From a virus (Duplodnaviria; Caudoviricetes): a stretch of 28,320 nt of DNA. This document shows, piece by piece, positions 10,106 through 20,258 of this stretch. The stretch covers positions 1 through 28,320 of IMG/VR virus record IMGVR_UViG_3300027890_000010. One strand, given 5' to 3'. Within the stretch, counting starts at the first letter, position 1, and each line of letters starts with the position of its first letter. The position numbers and the translations under genes were made by a program. The notes beneath the pieces are model-generated. The model saw only the letters and a program-made list of their open reading frames with translations, made no database searches and had not been told where the DNA came from.

Positions 10106-10469
10106 TGTGATAAAGGAAGCCAAGGCTTTGGGAGTGTCGTTACCAAACCTCAAAGACATGGTGGTTCATTCCACTCGATATACCCACCCTGTAGCTAATC
10201 GACGGTGGAGGGATTATTTGTTTGTCGTTAAGGATGAAATCGTGCTATCCATTTTTACCGAGAAGATTGAACCTGAGCATGATGAGCCCCTGGGAGATGA
10301 GGGGGCGTTTTACAAATGCTGGGACTGCAAAGACACCGGCAAAGAAACAGTCTATGAGGAGTGTCCGAAGTGCTTCGGCAAAGGTTGCACGGTATGCGGA
10401 GGTACCGGGGAGAAGATAAGACATATCCCCTGTCAGACTTGCAGTCCATCACAGAGGAAGTACCGGTGA
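10071..10469 (+). CDS. Protein with C-terminal DnaJ-type zinc finger
   Basis: CWDCKDTG, CPKCFGKG, CTVCGGTG, CQTC. Start placed at ATG 10071 to limit overlap. Confidence 0.7.
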   Translation: MSSTRKFLLSLDVIKEAKALGVSLPNLKDMVVHSTRYTHPVANRRWRDYLFVVKDEIVLSIFTEKIEPEHDEPLGDEGAFYKCWDCKDTGKETVYEECPKCFGKGCTVCGGTGEKIRHIPCQTCSPSQRKYR

Positions 10470-10954
10470 GAGAAGTTGTTTTCCCTATCAAGACTTGGCG
10501 TGGCACGTATCCGTTCGTTCTCAAGGCAGGGTCCATTCTTCAGTGTTCTGGTGACATTAAGTGCATTTCCCTGGCCGAGGAGATCGGGGGACCCCACTTC
10601 TGGGACCATCTGAGAATCGAAGACTTCGGTATCCCTGTTGATGATGCTGAGGTGTACCGCATTCTGCACAAAGTTATTTGGGCCATGGCTAGGGGAGAGA
10701 AGTTGTACGTCGGGTGCCGGGGAGGCATTGGGCGCACTGGTTTGTTTCTGTCCTTGCTGTACAAGGTCCTCAACCAACAGGATCAGGTGGTAAGGATGTC
10801 CCCGGTTCTTTGGGTCAGGGATAACTACCTGCGGACTGCGGTAGAGACTTTTGAGCAGGCTGATTACGTCAGGGATTTCGATCCTTCCCAGTTGTCAAGT
10901 ACTGTAACCTTGGCAAAGTTGTGGGCTAGTACTCGGGCCTTAGTTTCTCGGTAG
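10466..10954 (+). CDS. Cys-based protein tyrosine/dual-specificity phosphatase-like protein
   Basis: CX5R loop VGCRGGIGRTG, IEDFGIP acid loop, AVETFEQ Q-loop; GTGA coupling at 10466. Confidence 0.85.
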   Translation: MREVVFPIKTWRGTYPFVLKAGSILQCSGDIKCISLAEEIGGPHFWDHLRIEDFGIPVDDAEVYRILHKVIWAMARGEKLYVGCRGGIGRTGLFLSLLYKVLNQQDQVVRMSPVLWVRDNYLRTAVETFEQADYVRDFDPSQLSSTVTLAKLWASTRALVSR

Positions 10955-10956
10955 AT

Positions 10957-10985
10957 TTGACAAACCTCCCAGGGTTTGGTAGTAT
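10957..10985 (+). promoter_or_regulatory. sigma70-type promoter
   Basis: TTGACA (10957-10962), 17 nt, TAGTAT (10980-10985). Confidence 0.82.
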
Positions 10986-11012
10986 CCTGGTGTAACGGAG
11001 TGGAGGGTTCGG

Positions 11013-12017
11013 ATGTTCAGGCAGGATACCTTAGCGGGGCTCAAGACCTCCCTGCTCTATAAGGGAGTGTCTTTTGCCTCTATGCCTACGTCGGAAGCTG
11101 CCCGCAAGGCTAAGGAATTCATTGACGCTAAGGGGTCAATGATTCCGGTTGAGGCTGAGGCAATGAAGTTCTACCTCCTCAACCATGCTATTGCTGAGCT
11201 TGAGAAGAAGTACCATCCGCATGAGATTTTGCCGCACGACGCTCTAGAGATTGTCGGGCGGTATCGGTTGCTACTAGCCGATCTGTTTCCACGGTTGGTT
11301 TACTACACGCTGATCGTAATTACCCGTGAGTCTCGGCACTTGCATAGCAAGTCTGCCATCAAAGACAAGACAGACAAAATCAGTACGGGGTACTTTCCCT
11401 TTCTTGATGGGTTGCCGGGTGGATCGCAGAATGCTGCATCGTACTTTATGTCTCACCCTCCGCTAATCACTCTGGGTGACTACGTAAAGTGTGTGCGTAA
11501 GGTGTTTCACTCGGGTAACTTTTCTCCGGGTTATGGTGGTCCTGCCTGGGGGAAGATTGCGGATGCTCTTGGGCAGTTGATCGAAGGTGAATTCTCTCCT
11601 CTGACCTTCATTGATACGGCTTGGACCCTGGCCCACAATAACGGCCCGATGTTCAATAAAGGGTTCTGTTTCTCGATGAGTGGCAAGAAGATCGTCAAGG
11701 TCCTTGACATTCAGCGGGCTGGGCAGGTTCCCACCTTTGTGTACAGTCACTCGATGGGGTGGGAGGTTGAAGAGGGTTTCGTTACCTCCTCTGTGTACGA
11801 TCTGTGGAAGATTGCGGAGCGTGAAATTAATTGCTTCAAGGGTGTGCCGAGTTGGGATCTGATTGAGAAGGATGGGGTGGGTAACTATCCTCATGAGAAG
11901 GCTCATCAGACAAACAATGTCCAGGTGACGCAGATTGGCGAGATCAAGCTTCCGAATCCGAAGCTTTGGGTTACGGAGAAGGAATACGGGGAGATCATTT
12001 CGAGGGAGGCAGCATGA
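11013..12017 (+). CDS. Hypothetical phage protein, 334 aa
   Basis: GGAGG RBS; motif-like segments TRESRH, YGGPAWGKIA, AHNNGPMFNKG, LDIQRAG; no family recognised. Confidence 0.8.
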   Translation: MFRQDTLAGLKTSLLYKGVSFASMPTSEAARKAKEFIDAKGSMIPVEAEAMKFYLLNHAIAELEKKYHPHEILPHDALEIVGRYRLLLADLFPRLVYYTLIVITRESRHLHSKSAIKDKTDKISTGYFPFLDGLPGGSQNAASYFMSHPPLITLGDYVKCVRKVFHSGNFSPGYGGPAWGKIADALGQLIEGEFSPLTFIDTAWTLAHNNGPMFNKGFCFSMSGKKIVKVLDIQRAGQVPTFVYSHSMGWEVEEGFVTSSVYDLWKIAEREINCFKGVPSWDLIEKDGVGNYPHEKAHQTNNVQVTQIGEIKLPNPKLWVTEKEYGEIISREAA

Positions 12018-12745
12018 AAAAGGCTTCGGAACGTCGGGCTAGTCACGTAGCCAAGAACATCAAACAGAAGAGTCTTCCTTATGATCTGGGTGACTCTCCT
12101 GCGGTGAAGGCTGTTACTGGCAAGGGTTACGGGAATGACTACGTGCCCTGCTACAAGAGTCACAAGCCATTGGAGTTGACTAGCGGTTTCAAGATTTACG
12201 GTGGGTCTTGCCATACCCCGGTGGTGACTGATGCCGATATCTATGTCGGTCTGGATCACTCAATGGCTTACGCCTACTTGGCTCACCCGTGGGAAGAGGG
12301 CGAAGCGATTCACTATCCAATCACCGATCACCATGCTCCTAAAGACGCTGCGTCTTTCATCAAGATGGTGGACTGGTTAGCGGAACAGATCGTTGCCGGC
12401 AAGAAGGTTCATGCTGGGTGCGTTGGCGGGCATGGGCGAACCGGTATTCTTCTCTCTGCCCTGGTCAAGGTCATGCGGGGCGAGGCAGATGCCATTGCCT
12501 ATGTGCGTGAGCACTACTGCAAGAAGGCAGTCGAGTCAGAGGCACAGGTCAAGTTCCTGGTCAAGCAGTTTGGTATCCTGACGGCTGAGGCTTCCAAGCC
12601 GACTTACTATCCTGCCGTGACGGCTTCCAAGAAGTACGATGCCCTGGGGGACGACAAAACGGTGGAGTACAAGTTGACTGCGGTGAAGCCCTGGAAGGAA
12701 GCTGCCTCCATTTGGGGAAGGGCAACTCCCTGGGCTCAAACTTGA
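12014..12745 (+). CDS. Second Cys-based tyrosine/dual-specificity phosphatase-like protein
   Basis: HAGCVGGHGRTG (CX5R), PITDHHAP, AVESEAQ; ATGA coupling at 12014 with GGAGG RBS. Confidence 0.87.
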   Translation: MKKASERRASHVAKNIKQKSLPYDLGDSPAVKAVTGKGYGNDYVPCYKSHKPLELTSGFKIYGGSCHTPVVTDADIYVGLDHSMAYAYLAHPWEEGEAIHYPITDHHAPKDAASFIKMVDWLAEQIVAGKKVHAGCVGGHGRTGILLSALVKVMRGEADAIAYVREHYCKKAVESEAQVKFLVKQFGILTAEASKPTYYPAVTASKKYDALGDDKTVEYKLTAVKPWKEAASIWGRATPWAQT

Positions 12746-12770
12746 CAAACACCGCATCCTTCTGTAGGAT
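12742..12770 (+). promoter_or_regulatory. sigma70-type promoter
   Basis: TTGACA (12742-12747), 17 nt, TAGGAT (12765-12770); TAAGGAGTG at 12784-12792. Confidence 0.8.
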
Positions 12771-12796
12771 GATGGTCGAAGGTTAAGGAGTGTCGA

Positions 12797-13453
12797 ATGG
12801 CAATCAAATACGATGCTGGTCCCCTACTGAAGGCTGCGGGAGTTGGTGCCTCTTATCAGTTGCTGCTTGAGAAGGGCGGCTCGGTTGAGGTGGTCAATAC
12901 CGGTGGGGTCTTCCGTATGCTCATCCGGTATGAGGCTGGGGTCAACGTCATTTTCCTTGAGCCCAACAGCATCAAGCCTTCGGAGTGGACAGTAGCCAAA
13001 CTGTCTGCCCTTCGTAAAGCGTTCCATGCTGCGGGTAAGGGCAAGTGGCATGAGGAGACTTCTAATCCCAAGGTTTCGGTCACTCCTACTAAGCAGAGTG
13101 TTGCAAAGGCTGAGCGGGTACGGTTGGAAGAGGCTACTGAGCTTTACCAACCGGTGTTCGGCACTGACCCCAACTCCAAGTACTTTGTGGTCGGCATTGC
13201 TGATGGGCTGAAGATTGCTGCGCGTATCAGTTCGGATAACGTCAGCATCAAGGTGGTGGGTCCACGTATCGCTGAGGTCAAGGATCGACTAATTGCTCTG
13301 GGCTTCTCCGGAAAGGAGCACGGTCACTGGTCGGTTCACATTACCTGCTCGCACACCACTCCGAATAAGTTGATCGGGGCAGTGTTGATGGGGTTGGGTG
13401 TGGATTTCGAAACGGGTATTCCCAACGTCTCACTGTTCGCTAACGTCTCATGA
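12797..13453 (+). CDS. Hypothetical protein
   Basis: 218-aa ORF with strong RBS directly after a promoter. Confidence 0.8.
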   Translation: MAIKYDAGPLLKAAGVGASYQLLLEKGGSVEVVNTGGVFRMLIRYEAGVNVIFLEPNSIKPSEWTVAKLSALRKAFHAAGKGKWHEETSNPKVSVTPTKQSVAKAERVRLEEATELYQPVFGTDPNSKYFVVGIADGLKIAARISSDNVSIKVVGPRIAEVKDRLIALGFSGKEHGHWSVHITCSHTTPNKLIGAVLMGLGVDFETGIPNVSLFANVS

Positions 13454-13665
13454 TTACCAAGTCTCTTACCTCTCTTAAGCTAGGCAACAAGATTCCTTTG
13501 CCGGGGACCCCGCTATTTGCTGGGCTGACGCAAGAGGACATGTGCCTGATCCTGGTTGAGAAGCATCAGGAGGATTACGTCTTTGATGTCGTCTACCATG
13601 GGGTAGTGGTTGGGCAGGCATCAACCAACTCGGTTTCTAAGGAGTGGGATGTATGGGGTCTATGA
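13450..13665 (+). CDS. Hypothetical protein
   Basis: 71 aa, ATGA coupling. Confidence 0.65.
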   Translation: MITKSLTSLKLGNKIPLPGTPLFAGLTQEDMCLILVEKHQEDYVFDVVYHGVVVGQASTNSVSKEWDVWGL

Positions 13666-14240
13666 AGCATACGGATGCGTTGTCTCTGCTTTTCCCGTTG
13701 GCTGACGCAGTAGGAATTGCGTTCAAGCCGTGGAGAGATGCCAATGGATTTTGGCACGTATCTATGGCTGGGGTTAGCAAATGGGATTTCACTCTGTTCC
13801 CTGGGGCTGACTTGCCGCTGAACGTACAGACTCTTGGTTCGTACATTCGGGAGAGTGTGTCTTCGGTGTTTTGCAGCATAGTAGGGGACCTGTACCTATA
13901 TGCCTACTACCTCAAGTCCAATGATAAGGTGACTGTGGTCCTGTTGGATGGTAGCAAGTTCTATAAGCTGGGGAAGAAGGGTAACGGGACCAAGTACGAT
14001 GTCGCCGACATTGCCTTTGATTATCCCCCGGAGTACTTTTTGAAGTGGTCCAAGCAGGCTCAAGTCGGGGCGTATCAACGGTTTCGTAACACAAAGGAAT
14101 GGGGTCCAGTAGATGTTAGTGATCTGGTCAACGGACAAAATGGAAACGCTATCCCAGGGGTTAGCGAAGCCGGTGATATCGTCGGGGGTGAAGTACAACC
14201 TAGTTCCAGTACAAAAGGCGGATCTGGAAAAAACCCCTGA
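13653..14240 (+). CDS. Hypothetical protein
   Basis: TAAGGAG at 13638-13644; start at ATG 13653 or 13662; 3' end overlaps the polymerase gene. Confidence 0.6.
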   Translation: MGSMKHTDALSLLFPLADAVGIAFKPWRDANGFWHVSMAGVSKWDFTLFPGADLPLNVQTLGSYIRESVSSVFCSIVGDLYLYAYYLKSNDKVTVVLLDGSKFYKLGKKGNGTKYDVADIAFDYPPEYFLKWSKQAQVGAYQRFRNTKEWGPVDVSDLVNGQNGNAIPGVSEAGDIVGGEVQPSSSTKGGSGKNP

Positions 14241-16494
14241 GCTTCCGAAGCACAACCCCGGAGATGTGATTCTTGCTCTGGGGTCTTCGGTTGCCAAGGC
14301 TCTTGCCACTCTGGGGATAGTGCCGAAGAATCGGACCATCTCCTCTCTTCGGTTCCCCAATATCTTCACATTGGAAGATGGTTCGGAGATCGTTGTCTCT
14401 GAATCGTCGGCTATGCGTACCCTCAACTATCAGGCATACGTCCGGACGTTGGTCGATCTGTCGATAGCCATTCGGAGAGTCAAGACTGGCTCCTGGCTAC
14501 CTACTCTAGGTAAGTACCGATGGGCAAATGACTTCTCGGAAGTGGTCTTCAAGATACAGCAGCAATATGCGGAGACTTCAAAGCCCATACCGGTTGCGTT
14601 GGACCTTGAGACAATTGGTCTTGACTACCTTCACCCTGAAAAATGGATTCTGACTATCCAAGTATCCTGGGAAGAAGGACAAGCCGTTGCTGTCTATTTA
14701 GAGACGCAGGAGAAAGAAGAACAAGCTCTTTCCGTGGGAAGTTTTTTGAGAGAGCAGATGGAGTTCTTGCTTACCTCCCCGATGATTTCTTTGCGGGGGG
14801 CTAACCTCAAGTTCGACTTGCTGTGGTTGTGGTATCGGGCTGGGCTGGAGTGCTCCAATTTTCATCTGGACACGATGGTACTGGGTTCCCTGCTAGATGA
14901 AGATCGTGGTAACAGTCTTAATCTGCACACCAAGGTGTACGTTCCTGAGCTTGCCGGGTATGACGATCTGTTCAATCAGAAGTACAAGAAGATCAAGGGG
15001 CAGATGAATCTTGTCCCGCAGGATGATCTGTTGGTGTATGCCTGTGGTGATGCTGATGCGGCGAGGAGGGTAAGCCGGCTGGAACGTGCTGAGGTTGTGA
15101 AGGACCCGAAGCTTACCCGGTTCTACACCAAGATTCTCCATCCTGCTGTCAGGTCGTATGAGCAGGTAGAGAGGACTGGGGTCCTTGTGGATCTGGACTA
15201 CTACCTCTCTCTAGAGCAGGAACTGTTGCAGGAGATGGAGGCTATACGGAAGGAAGCCTTCAAGATTATTGGTGGGAGAATTCTAGCCAAGCACAAGGAG
15301 AACACTAGCCTTACCAAGGCAGCACTGTTGATCGACTATCTCTTCTCCCCCTTGGGGCTTAACCTCAAGCCAAAGCTACATACCCCGAAGGGTCAGATAT
15401 CTACTACGGCTGACCATCTCGATATGTTTGCCATGCACCCTAAGGCGGAACCCTTCATTGCTCTCTTTCGGCGGTATGCGGTTGCCTCAAAGGTGCTGAG
15501 TACCTACGTCCTGAAGAGAAACAAGGAGGGGGTGATTGCCGGCGGGTTTCTTTCTCATCTTCGAAACGATGGACGGTTCCATCCTACGTACTTCTTCTAC
15601 AACGGGGGTGACGATGAGGGGGGGACCATTACCGGAAGACTGTCGGCTCGGGACCCTGCTTTTCAGACTTTGCCCAAACACAATGCGTGGGCAAAGAAGC
15701 TTCGCAAGGCATTCATTGCTCCCCCAGGCTACCTGCTGATGTCTCATGACTACTCTCAGGGGGAACTGAAGATTGCGGCTTGCATTGCCAATGAAGAGAA
15801 CATGATCGCAGCGTATCGGGAGGGACTAGACCTTCACGCTGTTACGGCTTCTTCCATGGCCGGCTACACCTGGGAGCAGTTCCTTGAGCTACTGAAGACT
15901 GATCCGGAGAAGGCTGGCGAGCTTCGGCAGTTGGGTAAAGCTGGCAACTTTGGGTTGATCTACGGGATGTCCCCAGAGGGATTCATTGACTACGCCTTCT
16001 TCACCTATGGAGTGAAATTAAGTTCACAGCAGGCTGAGGAGACACACGGGAAGTTCTTTGACACTTACCCTGGTCTTAGGTTGTGGCACATGCGAGCCAA
16101 GGAAGCCGGGAGGAAGAACAAGTATGTCCGGTCTCCCCTGGGGAGGGTAAAGCATCTGCCGCACATCGACAGTTACGATTCTATGGTGAGGTCTAAGGCT
16201 GAGCGTCAGGCTATCAATGCACCGGTTCAGGGGACCCTCTCTGATCTGTCTTTGTGGGCAACGTCAATCTTCTGGAAACGGGGATGGCTTAAGGAAGTCC
16301 CCGTAATTGGCATGGTGCATGACCAACTTTTGTCCTATGTCCCGGAGGATAAATGGGAGGAGTATGAGCAGAGAAACCGAGAGGTGATGGAGAATCTTCC
16401 GTTCAAGGAAATCGGCTGGGCTCCCCAACTGCAATTCACGGTAGACGGTGAAATTGGCAAGAACCTGGGGGAGATGAAGAAGATCAAGAAGTGA
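14113..16494 (+). CDS. polA: Family A DNA polymerase with 3'-5' exonuclease domain
   Basis: Exo motifs ALDLETIG, GANLKFD, YACGDAD; polymerase motifs TGRLS, DYSQGEL (A), RQLGKAGNFGLIYG (B), VHDQL (C). Confidence 0.96.
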   Translation: MLVIWSTDKMETLSQGLAKPVISSGVKYNLVPVQKADLEKTPELPKHNPGDVILALGSSVAKALATLGIVPKNRTISSLRFPNIFTLEDGSEIVVSESSAMRTLNYQAYVRTLVDLSIAIRRVKTGSWLPTLGKYRWANDFSEVVFKIQQQYAETSKPIPVALDLETIGLDYLHPEKWILTIQVSWEEGQAVAVYLETQEKEEQALSVGSFLREQMEFLLTSPMISLRGANLKFDLLWLWYRAGLECSNFHLDTMVLGSLLDEDRGNSLNLHTKVYVPELAGYDDLFNQKYKKIKGQMNLVPQDDLLVYACGDADAARRVSRLERAEVVKDPKLTRFYTKILHPAVRSYEQVERTGVLVDLDYYLSLEQELLQEMEAIRKEAFKIIGGRILAKHKENTSLTKAALLIDYLFSPLGLNLKPKLHTPKGQISTTADHLDMFAMHPKAEPFIALFRRYAVASKVLSTYVLKRNKEGVIAGGFLSHLRNDGRFHPTYFFYNGGDDEGGTITGRLSARDPAFQTLPKHNAWAKKLRKAFIAPPGYLLMSHDYSQGELKIAACIANEENMIAAYREGLDLHAVTASSMAGYTWEQFLELLKTDPEKAGELRQLGKAGNFGLIYGMSPEGFIDYAFFTYGVKLSSQQAEETHGKFFDTYPGLRLWHMRAKEAGRKNKYVRSPLGRVKHLPHIDSYDSMVRSKAERQAINAPVQGTLSDLSLWATSIFWKRGWLKEVPVIGMVHDQLLSYVPEDKWEEYEQRNREVMENLPFKEIGWAPQLQFTVDGEIGKNLGEMKKIKK

Positions 16495-16553
16495 TTGCTT
16501 TCCAAGCCAGACCGGGAGATATATCCTTACCTCATTGAGCAGAGGGACCCGGC

Positions 16554-18350
16554 ATGTCAACAGAAACGCTAATTCCTAAAAGACAAAGCCACGTAACTTT
16601 TGGGAGGAAAGTACTCAAAAAAGACACCAAAACTTTGGTTGTCAATAACAATTTGGCGGCAGAGGATGAGTTTCTGTCAAATTATGGTGAAGGATTACTC
16701 AATCCTGCCACTGCGGTAATTGCCCCTCCCTACACCCTTTCTACTCTTTCTGCCCTGGTTACCCGCAACAACACCCTGGCCCAGTGTATTTCGGCCATGG
16801 AAGTGAATATTGACGGCACCGGGCACACCTTCGAATTAATTGACCCTAAATCTGGGGATGATGAGGCAGAGAAAGCTATGTTGACGGCTTTCTTTAACGA
16901 GCCTTTCCCGGATGAGTCCTTCATCTCCATTCGTCGCCGAATGCGGTATGACCTGGAGAGTATTGGCGTTGCGTACATGGAAGTGATGCGTAACCTGGAA
17001 GGTAAGGTGACGCTCCTTCGATATCTTGATGGGCTGGATATGCGGCTGGTCCGTCTGGACGATCCTGTTCAAGTATCTCGCACCATAGATCGGGACGGAG
17101 TTCAGTTCGAAGCTATGTACTGGGTCCGTGAACGCAGGTTCATTCAGAAGGTCGGTACCAAGAACATCTTCTTCAAAGAGTTTGGTTCTCAGCGGACCCT
17201 GAATCGGAGTACTGGGTTCTGGGCTAAGCCGGGGGAAACGCTTACTCCGGAAGAGACGGCTTCGGAGGTTCTGTACTTCACTTGTCAAAAGGAAGCCAAG
17301 TCTCCGTATGGTGTTCCCCGGTGGATCAACCAACTGCCCAGTATCCTGGGGTCCCGTAAAGCTGAGGAGTTCAACCTGGAGTTCTTTGACTCTGGAGGTG
17401 TCCCCCCGGCTGTTGTCTTTGTCCAGGGTGGTATGTTGACCGAGGATGTGCGGGACCAACTGCAAGCCTTCTTCTCTGGTGCAGCAAAGACCAAGAACCG
17501 TATTGCTGTGGTGGAAGTGCAATCAAGTTCAGGCACTCTCGATTCGGCGGGGCAAGTGAAGGTGAACACTGAGCGGTTCGGTGACTTCCGGTCTCAGGAC
17601 AGCATGTTCCAAGGCTATGACGGCAACTGCGAAGAGCATGTTCGTACTGCCTTCCGTCTGCCCACCCTTTTCCTGGGTAAGGCTACCGACCTTAACTTTG
17701 CTACTGCCATGACCAGTTACATGGTGACTGAGGCTCAGGTGTTTGCTCCTGAGAGGTTGGAGTTCGATGAGGTCATTACCAAGAAGCTGCTCCCTGACAT
17801 TGGGTCAAAGAAGTACAAGTTCGTCAGTAAGCCAGTCAACCTTCGTAACGTCGATCTTCAGTTGCAGGCAATGCAGTTAAGTGCAGACAAGGTTGATGGT
17901 GAGGAGTTCGTTGGCAAGATGAATGAGATCACTAGTCTCAACCTCAAGTACAGCAAGGAGGCAGAGGACAAGGCTCGGGAGATGGCAATGGGTCCGAAGG
18001 TTCCTGAGAAGGGCGAAGGCACTCAGCCGGGTGGGAAGGCCAATGTCCGGAATGATGTCGAGCCCATGAGGAACAAGGAACCGGATCGGCGGCAGACAGT
18101 GCAGAAGAATGAGATCCCCCCGGAAGAGATCTTGGATCTGGTCAACCGGTGGACCGTGGCTGTTGGGCTTGAGCCTGGGGACCTCTCCCATATCGAGAAG
18201 CTTGAGACCCTATCTCAGGTCGATGCTCTGCGGGACCCGTACAAGAAGATCTTTGACAACATGCTTGCTGCCAAAGAGTTCCGGCTTCTGGGGGCAGACC
18301 CAGAAGGCTTGGCTGAGATTGCCGGGTGCTGTAGGGAGCACATGAACTGA
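16554..18350 (+). CDS. Phage portal protein (PBSX/XkdE-like)
   Basis: DLESIGVAYMEVMRN, YGVPRW, FNLEFFDSGGVPPAVVFVQGG, AFRLPTLFLG...NFATA; lies upstream of the MuF gene. Confidence 0.88.
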   Translation: MSTETLIPKRQSHVTFGRKVLKKDTKTLVVNNNLAAEDEFLSNYGEGLLNPATAVIAPPYTLSTLSALVTRNNTLAQCISAMEVNIDGTGHTFELIDPKSGDDEAEKAMLTAFFNEPFPDESFISIRRRMRYDLESIGVAYMEVMRNLEGKVTLLRYLDGLDMRLVRLDDPVQVSRTIDRDGVQFEAMYWVRERRFIQKVGTKNIFFKEFGSQRTLNRSTGFWAKPGETLTPEETASEVLYFTCQKEAKSPYGVPRWINQLPSILGSRKAEEFNLEFFDSGGVPPAVVFVQGGMLTEDVRDQLQAFFSGAAKTKNRIAVVEVQSSSGTLDSAGQVKVNTERFGDFRSQDSMFQGYDGNCEEHVRTAFRLPTLFLGKATDLNFATAMTSYMVTEAQVFAPERLEFDEVITKKLLPDIGSKKYKFVSKPVNLRNVDLQLQAMQLSADKVDGEEFVGKMNEITSLNLKYSKEAEDKAREMAMGPKVPEKGEGTQPGGKANVRNDVEPMRNKEPDRRQTVQKNEIPPEEILDLVNRWTVAVGLEPGDLSHIEKLETLSQVDALRDPYKKIFDNMLAAKEFRLLGADPEGLAEIAGCCREHMN

Positions 18351-20071
18351 TGTATGCCACGATCCTTAAAGGCAATTCTTGTCACAACCCTCCTGGTCAG
18401 GGTGGTGGTCAGTTTTGTTCTCAACAAGGACAGGCTCCTAGACTAACGGCATTAGATGTAACTCAGGGAAAGGCAAGAGAGGAAATTGCATGGCGGGAGG
18501 AAAATCTACGCAAGATTATTTCCCACTATGGGTTGGAAGAGTTAGCTAAGGATGCCGAGGATAATCTCCGGAAGCTAATAGACGCTTCTGAGGTTCATAT
18601 CCGCAGAATGACACTCAGATCTGTGGAGGATATGCTTCGGCGTGGTGGTCGTATGCTTACTCAGTTTGATACTACGACTTCTTCAGGGGCCAAAAATAAA
18701 AAGGTCAGGGCGCAGAGAGAGAATGTCCTATTTGGTTTAAGTAGGGACCCGTACAAGGATTTGGAGAATCGTCCTTCTTATGGATATCTTCAGACAAAGG
18801 ATGACCCTTACAATTCGGCGGGCCAATATGGTCGGGTGGACATTAAACTAAAACCCTCTGTTAGAGAGAGGGTTACCTACACTGTTGGTGATAGTTTGCG
18901 GGTGTTAGAAGACTCTTTGAATCCAGGCAGAGTTAAAAACTCTGGGGCAATGGGTATTCCAACTTTCCAACCAGTGCCTCTTCAAAGTATGAACCTTTCT
19001 TCTATGGTCCCCCTTCGGTACATGCTCACTACCTCTCGGGGTCAAGACGGGTTGCCTGTTAGGGGAAACACCAAAGCTGAATATACACGCATGTTCCAGA
19101 AGCTTGCCAAGGCAAAAACACTGTCTGAGGTACACAATATTGTTAAGACACCGTACATAGAAGCCCAGATTCATGGACAGATACGGGCTGGTGATATTGA
19201 GTCAATTACTGTTCCCTCAGGTATGACCTTGACCAAATCTGCTTTGAATGCTGCCAAGAAACTTGGAGTGAAGATAGTGCAATCAACCTCTAAGGAGTTC
19301 GTTTCTATTATCAAGGCCAATCCCTACCATGATCCCAGGACAGGGCGATTTACTCATGGGCCAGGAAGTGGAACGTCAAAAGATTCAGCTATCACTCCCA
19401 AGATGGAAGAGGCTATAGCGTCTGCCAGAGATGAGGTATTGAGCTACCAGGATGGCAAGGAACACGGAGTCGTTGTTGGTCCTGACGGCAGACCTTTTTT
19501 TGCCAAGGATGGGGAAGCCTCTTCCATTGAATTCACTAAAGATGAGATGGCAATGTTTCCCCGGTGTGTGATGGTACACAATCATCCTTCTGGTGGGTCT
19601 TTGTCTATACAGGACATCCTGTTTGCTGGGACCTGTCAGTTAGCTGCCGTAGAGGCTGTTTCCAATGATGGGGTCTATCGGGCTATCCCAAATGCTTCCC
19701 TACTAGACCAAACTAACCATCCTTTCATTTATGGGACTCAGAAATTAGCTGATTCTTTTTATGAGCAGCAAATTGGTTTCAATGTAATGATGGGGAATAT
19801 CACCCCTACGGTTGCCAGTTTGTTGCATGTTGATTTGATTATGGAGTCCTTGTCTGACCTTGGGTTTTTCAAGTACGAAAGGAAGTCAGCCTCTCCTTAT
19901 TTACAGAGAGTTCATGACTTTCTTGATGACGATGTTAGAAGCAAACTTAAGTCTCAATTCTTTGGGGCTCTTGCTAACTCCATTAAGAATGCTCCAGAAG
20001 ACATTAAGTCAGAGATGAGCAAAGCAAAGTTGTTCAATGAACAGTTGATCCCACGCTCTGTGTTTAACTGA
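18350..20071 (+). CDS. Two-module tagged protein: DUF3626-like (ART-like) domain plus JAB/MPN-like domain
   Basis: Tag at start and at 19298. Module 1: TQFDTTTSSG, RPSYGYL, QYG, TVGDS, YIEAQIHG. Module 2: EHG...HNHPSGGSLSIQD. Confidence 0.75.
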   Translation: MYATILKGNSCHNPPGQGGGQFCSQQGQAPRLTALDVTQGKAREEIAWREENLRKIISHYGLEELAKDAEDNLRKLIDASEVHIRRMTLRSVEDMLRRGGRMLTQFDTTTSSGAKNKKVRAQRENVLFGLSRDPYKDLENRPSYGYLQTKDDPYNSAGQYGRVDIKLKPSVRERVTYTVGDSLRVLEDSLNPGRVKNSGAMGIPTFQPVPLQSMNLSSMVPLRYMLTTSRGQDGLPVRGNTKAEYTRMFQKLAKAKTLSEVHNIVKTPYIEAQIHGQIRAGDIESITVPSGMTLTKSALNAAKKLGVKIVQSTSKEFVSIIKANPYHDPRTGRFTHGPGSGTSKDSAITPKMEEAIASARDEVLSYQDGKEHGVVVGPDGRPFFAKDGEASSIEFTKDEMAMFPRCVMVHNHPSGGSLSIQDILFAGTCQLAAVEAVSNDGVYRAIPNASLLDQTNHPFIYGTQKLADSFYEQQIGFNVMMGNITPTVASLLHVDLIMESLSDLGFFKYERKSASPYLQRVHDFLDDDVRSKLKSQFFGALANSIKNAPEDIKSEMSKAKLFNEQLIPRSVFN

Positions 20072-20078
20072 GGCTGTT

Positions 20079-20258
20079 ATGAAACCCGCAACTGATGGTT
20101 ATATTCTGATTGACCCTCCGGTTAATTCTTTCTCCTCCAAGGTTGAGATTCAGGCTTGGATTGCTGAGCTTGAGCAGATGCCGGCTAACCCGGAAGTTCT
20201 TATGGCACTGGACCAAGCCAAGAGATTATTGGACCCAAGTAGACCCTTCTCTTGGTAA
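20079..20258 (+). CDS. Small helical protein, 59 aa, candidate partner/immunity protein (not in ORF track)
   Basis: GAGG RBS; MKPATDGYILIDPPVNSFSSKVEIQAWIAELEQMPANPEVLMALDQAKRLLDPSRPFSW; TAATG coupling to next gene. Confidence 0.7.
   Translation: MKPATDGYILIDPPVNSFSSKVEIQAWIAELEQMPANPEVLMALDQAKRLLDPSRPFSW

Noticed and set aside
10071-10469. DnaJ chaperone
   Set aside because: Only the CxxCxGxG-type zinc finger is present; no J domain or HPD motif.
16495-16525. sigma70 promoter before the portal (TTGCTT...ATATAT)
   Set aside because: Poor -10 match at 17-nt spacing compared with the clear early promoters.
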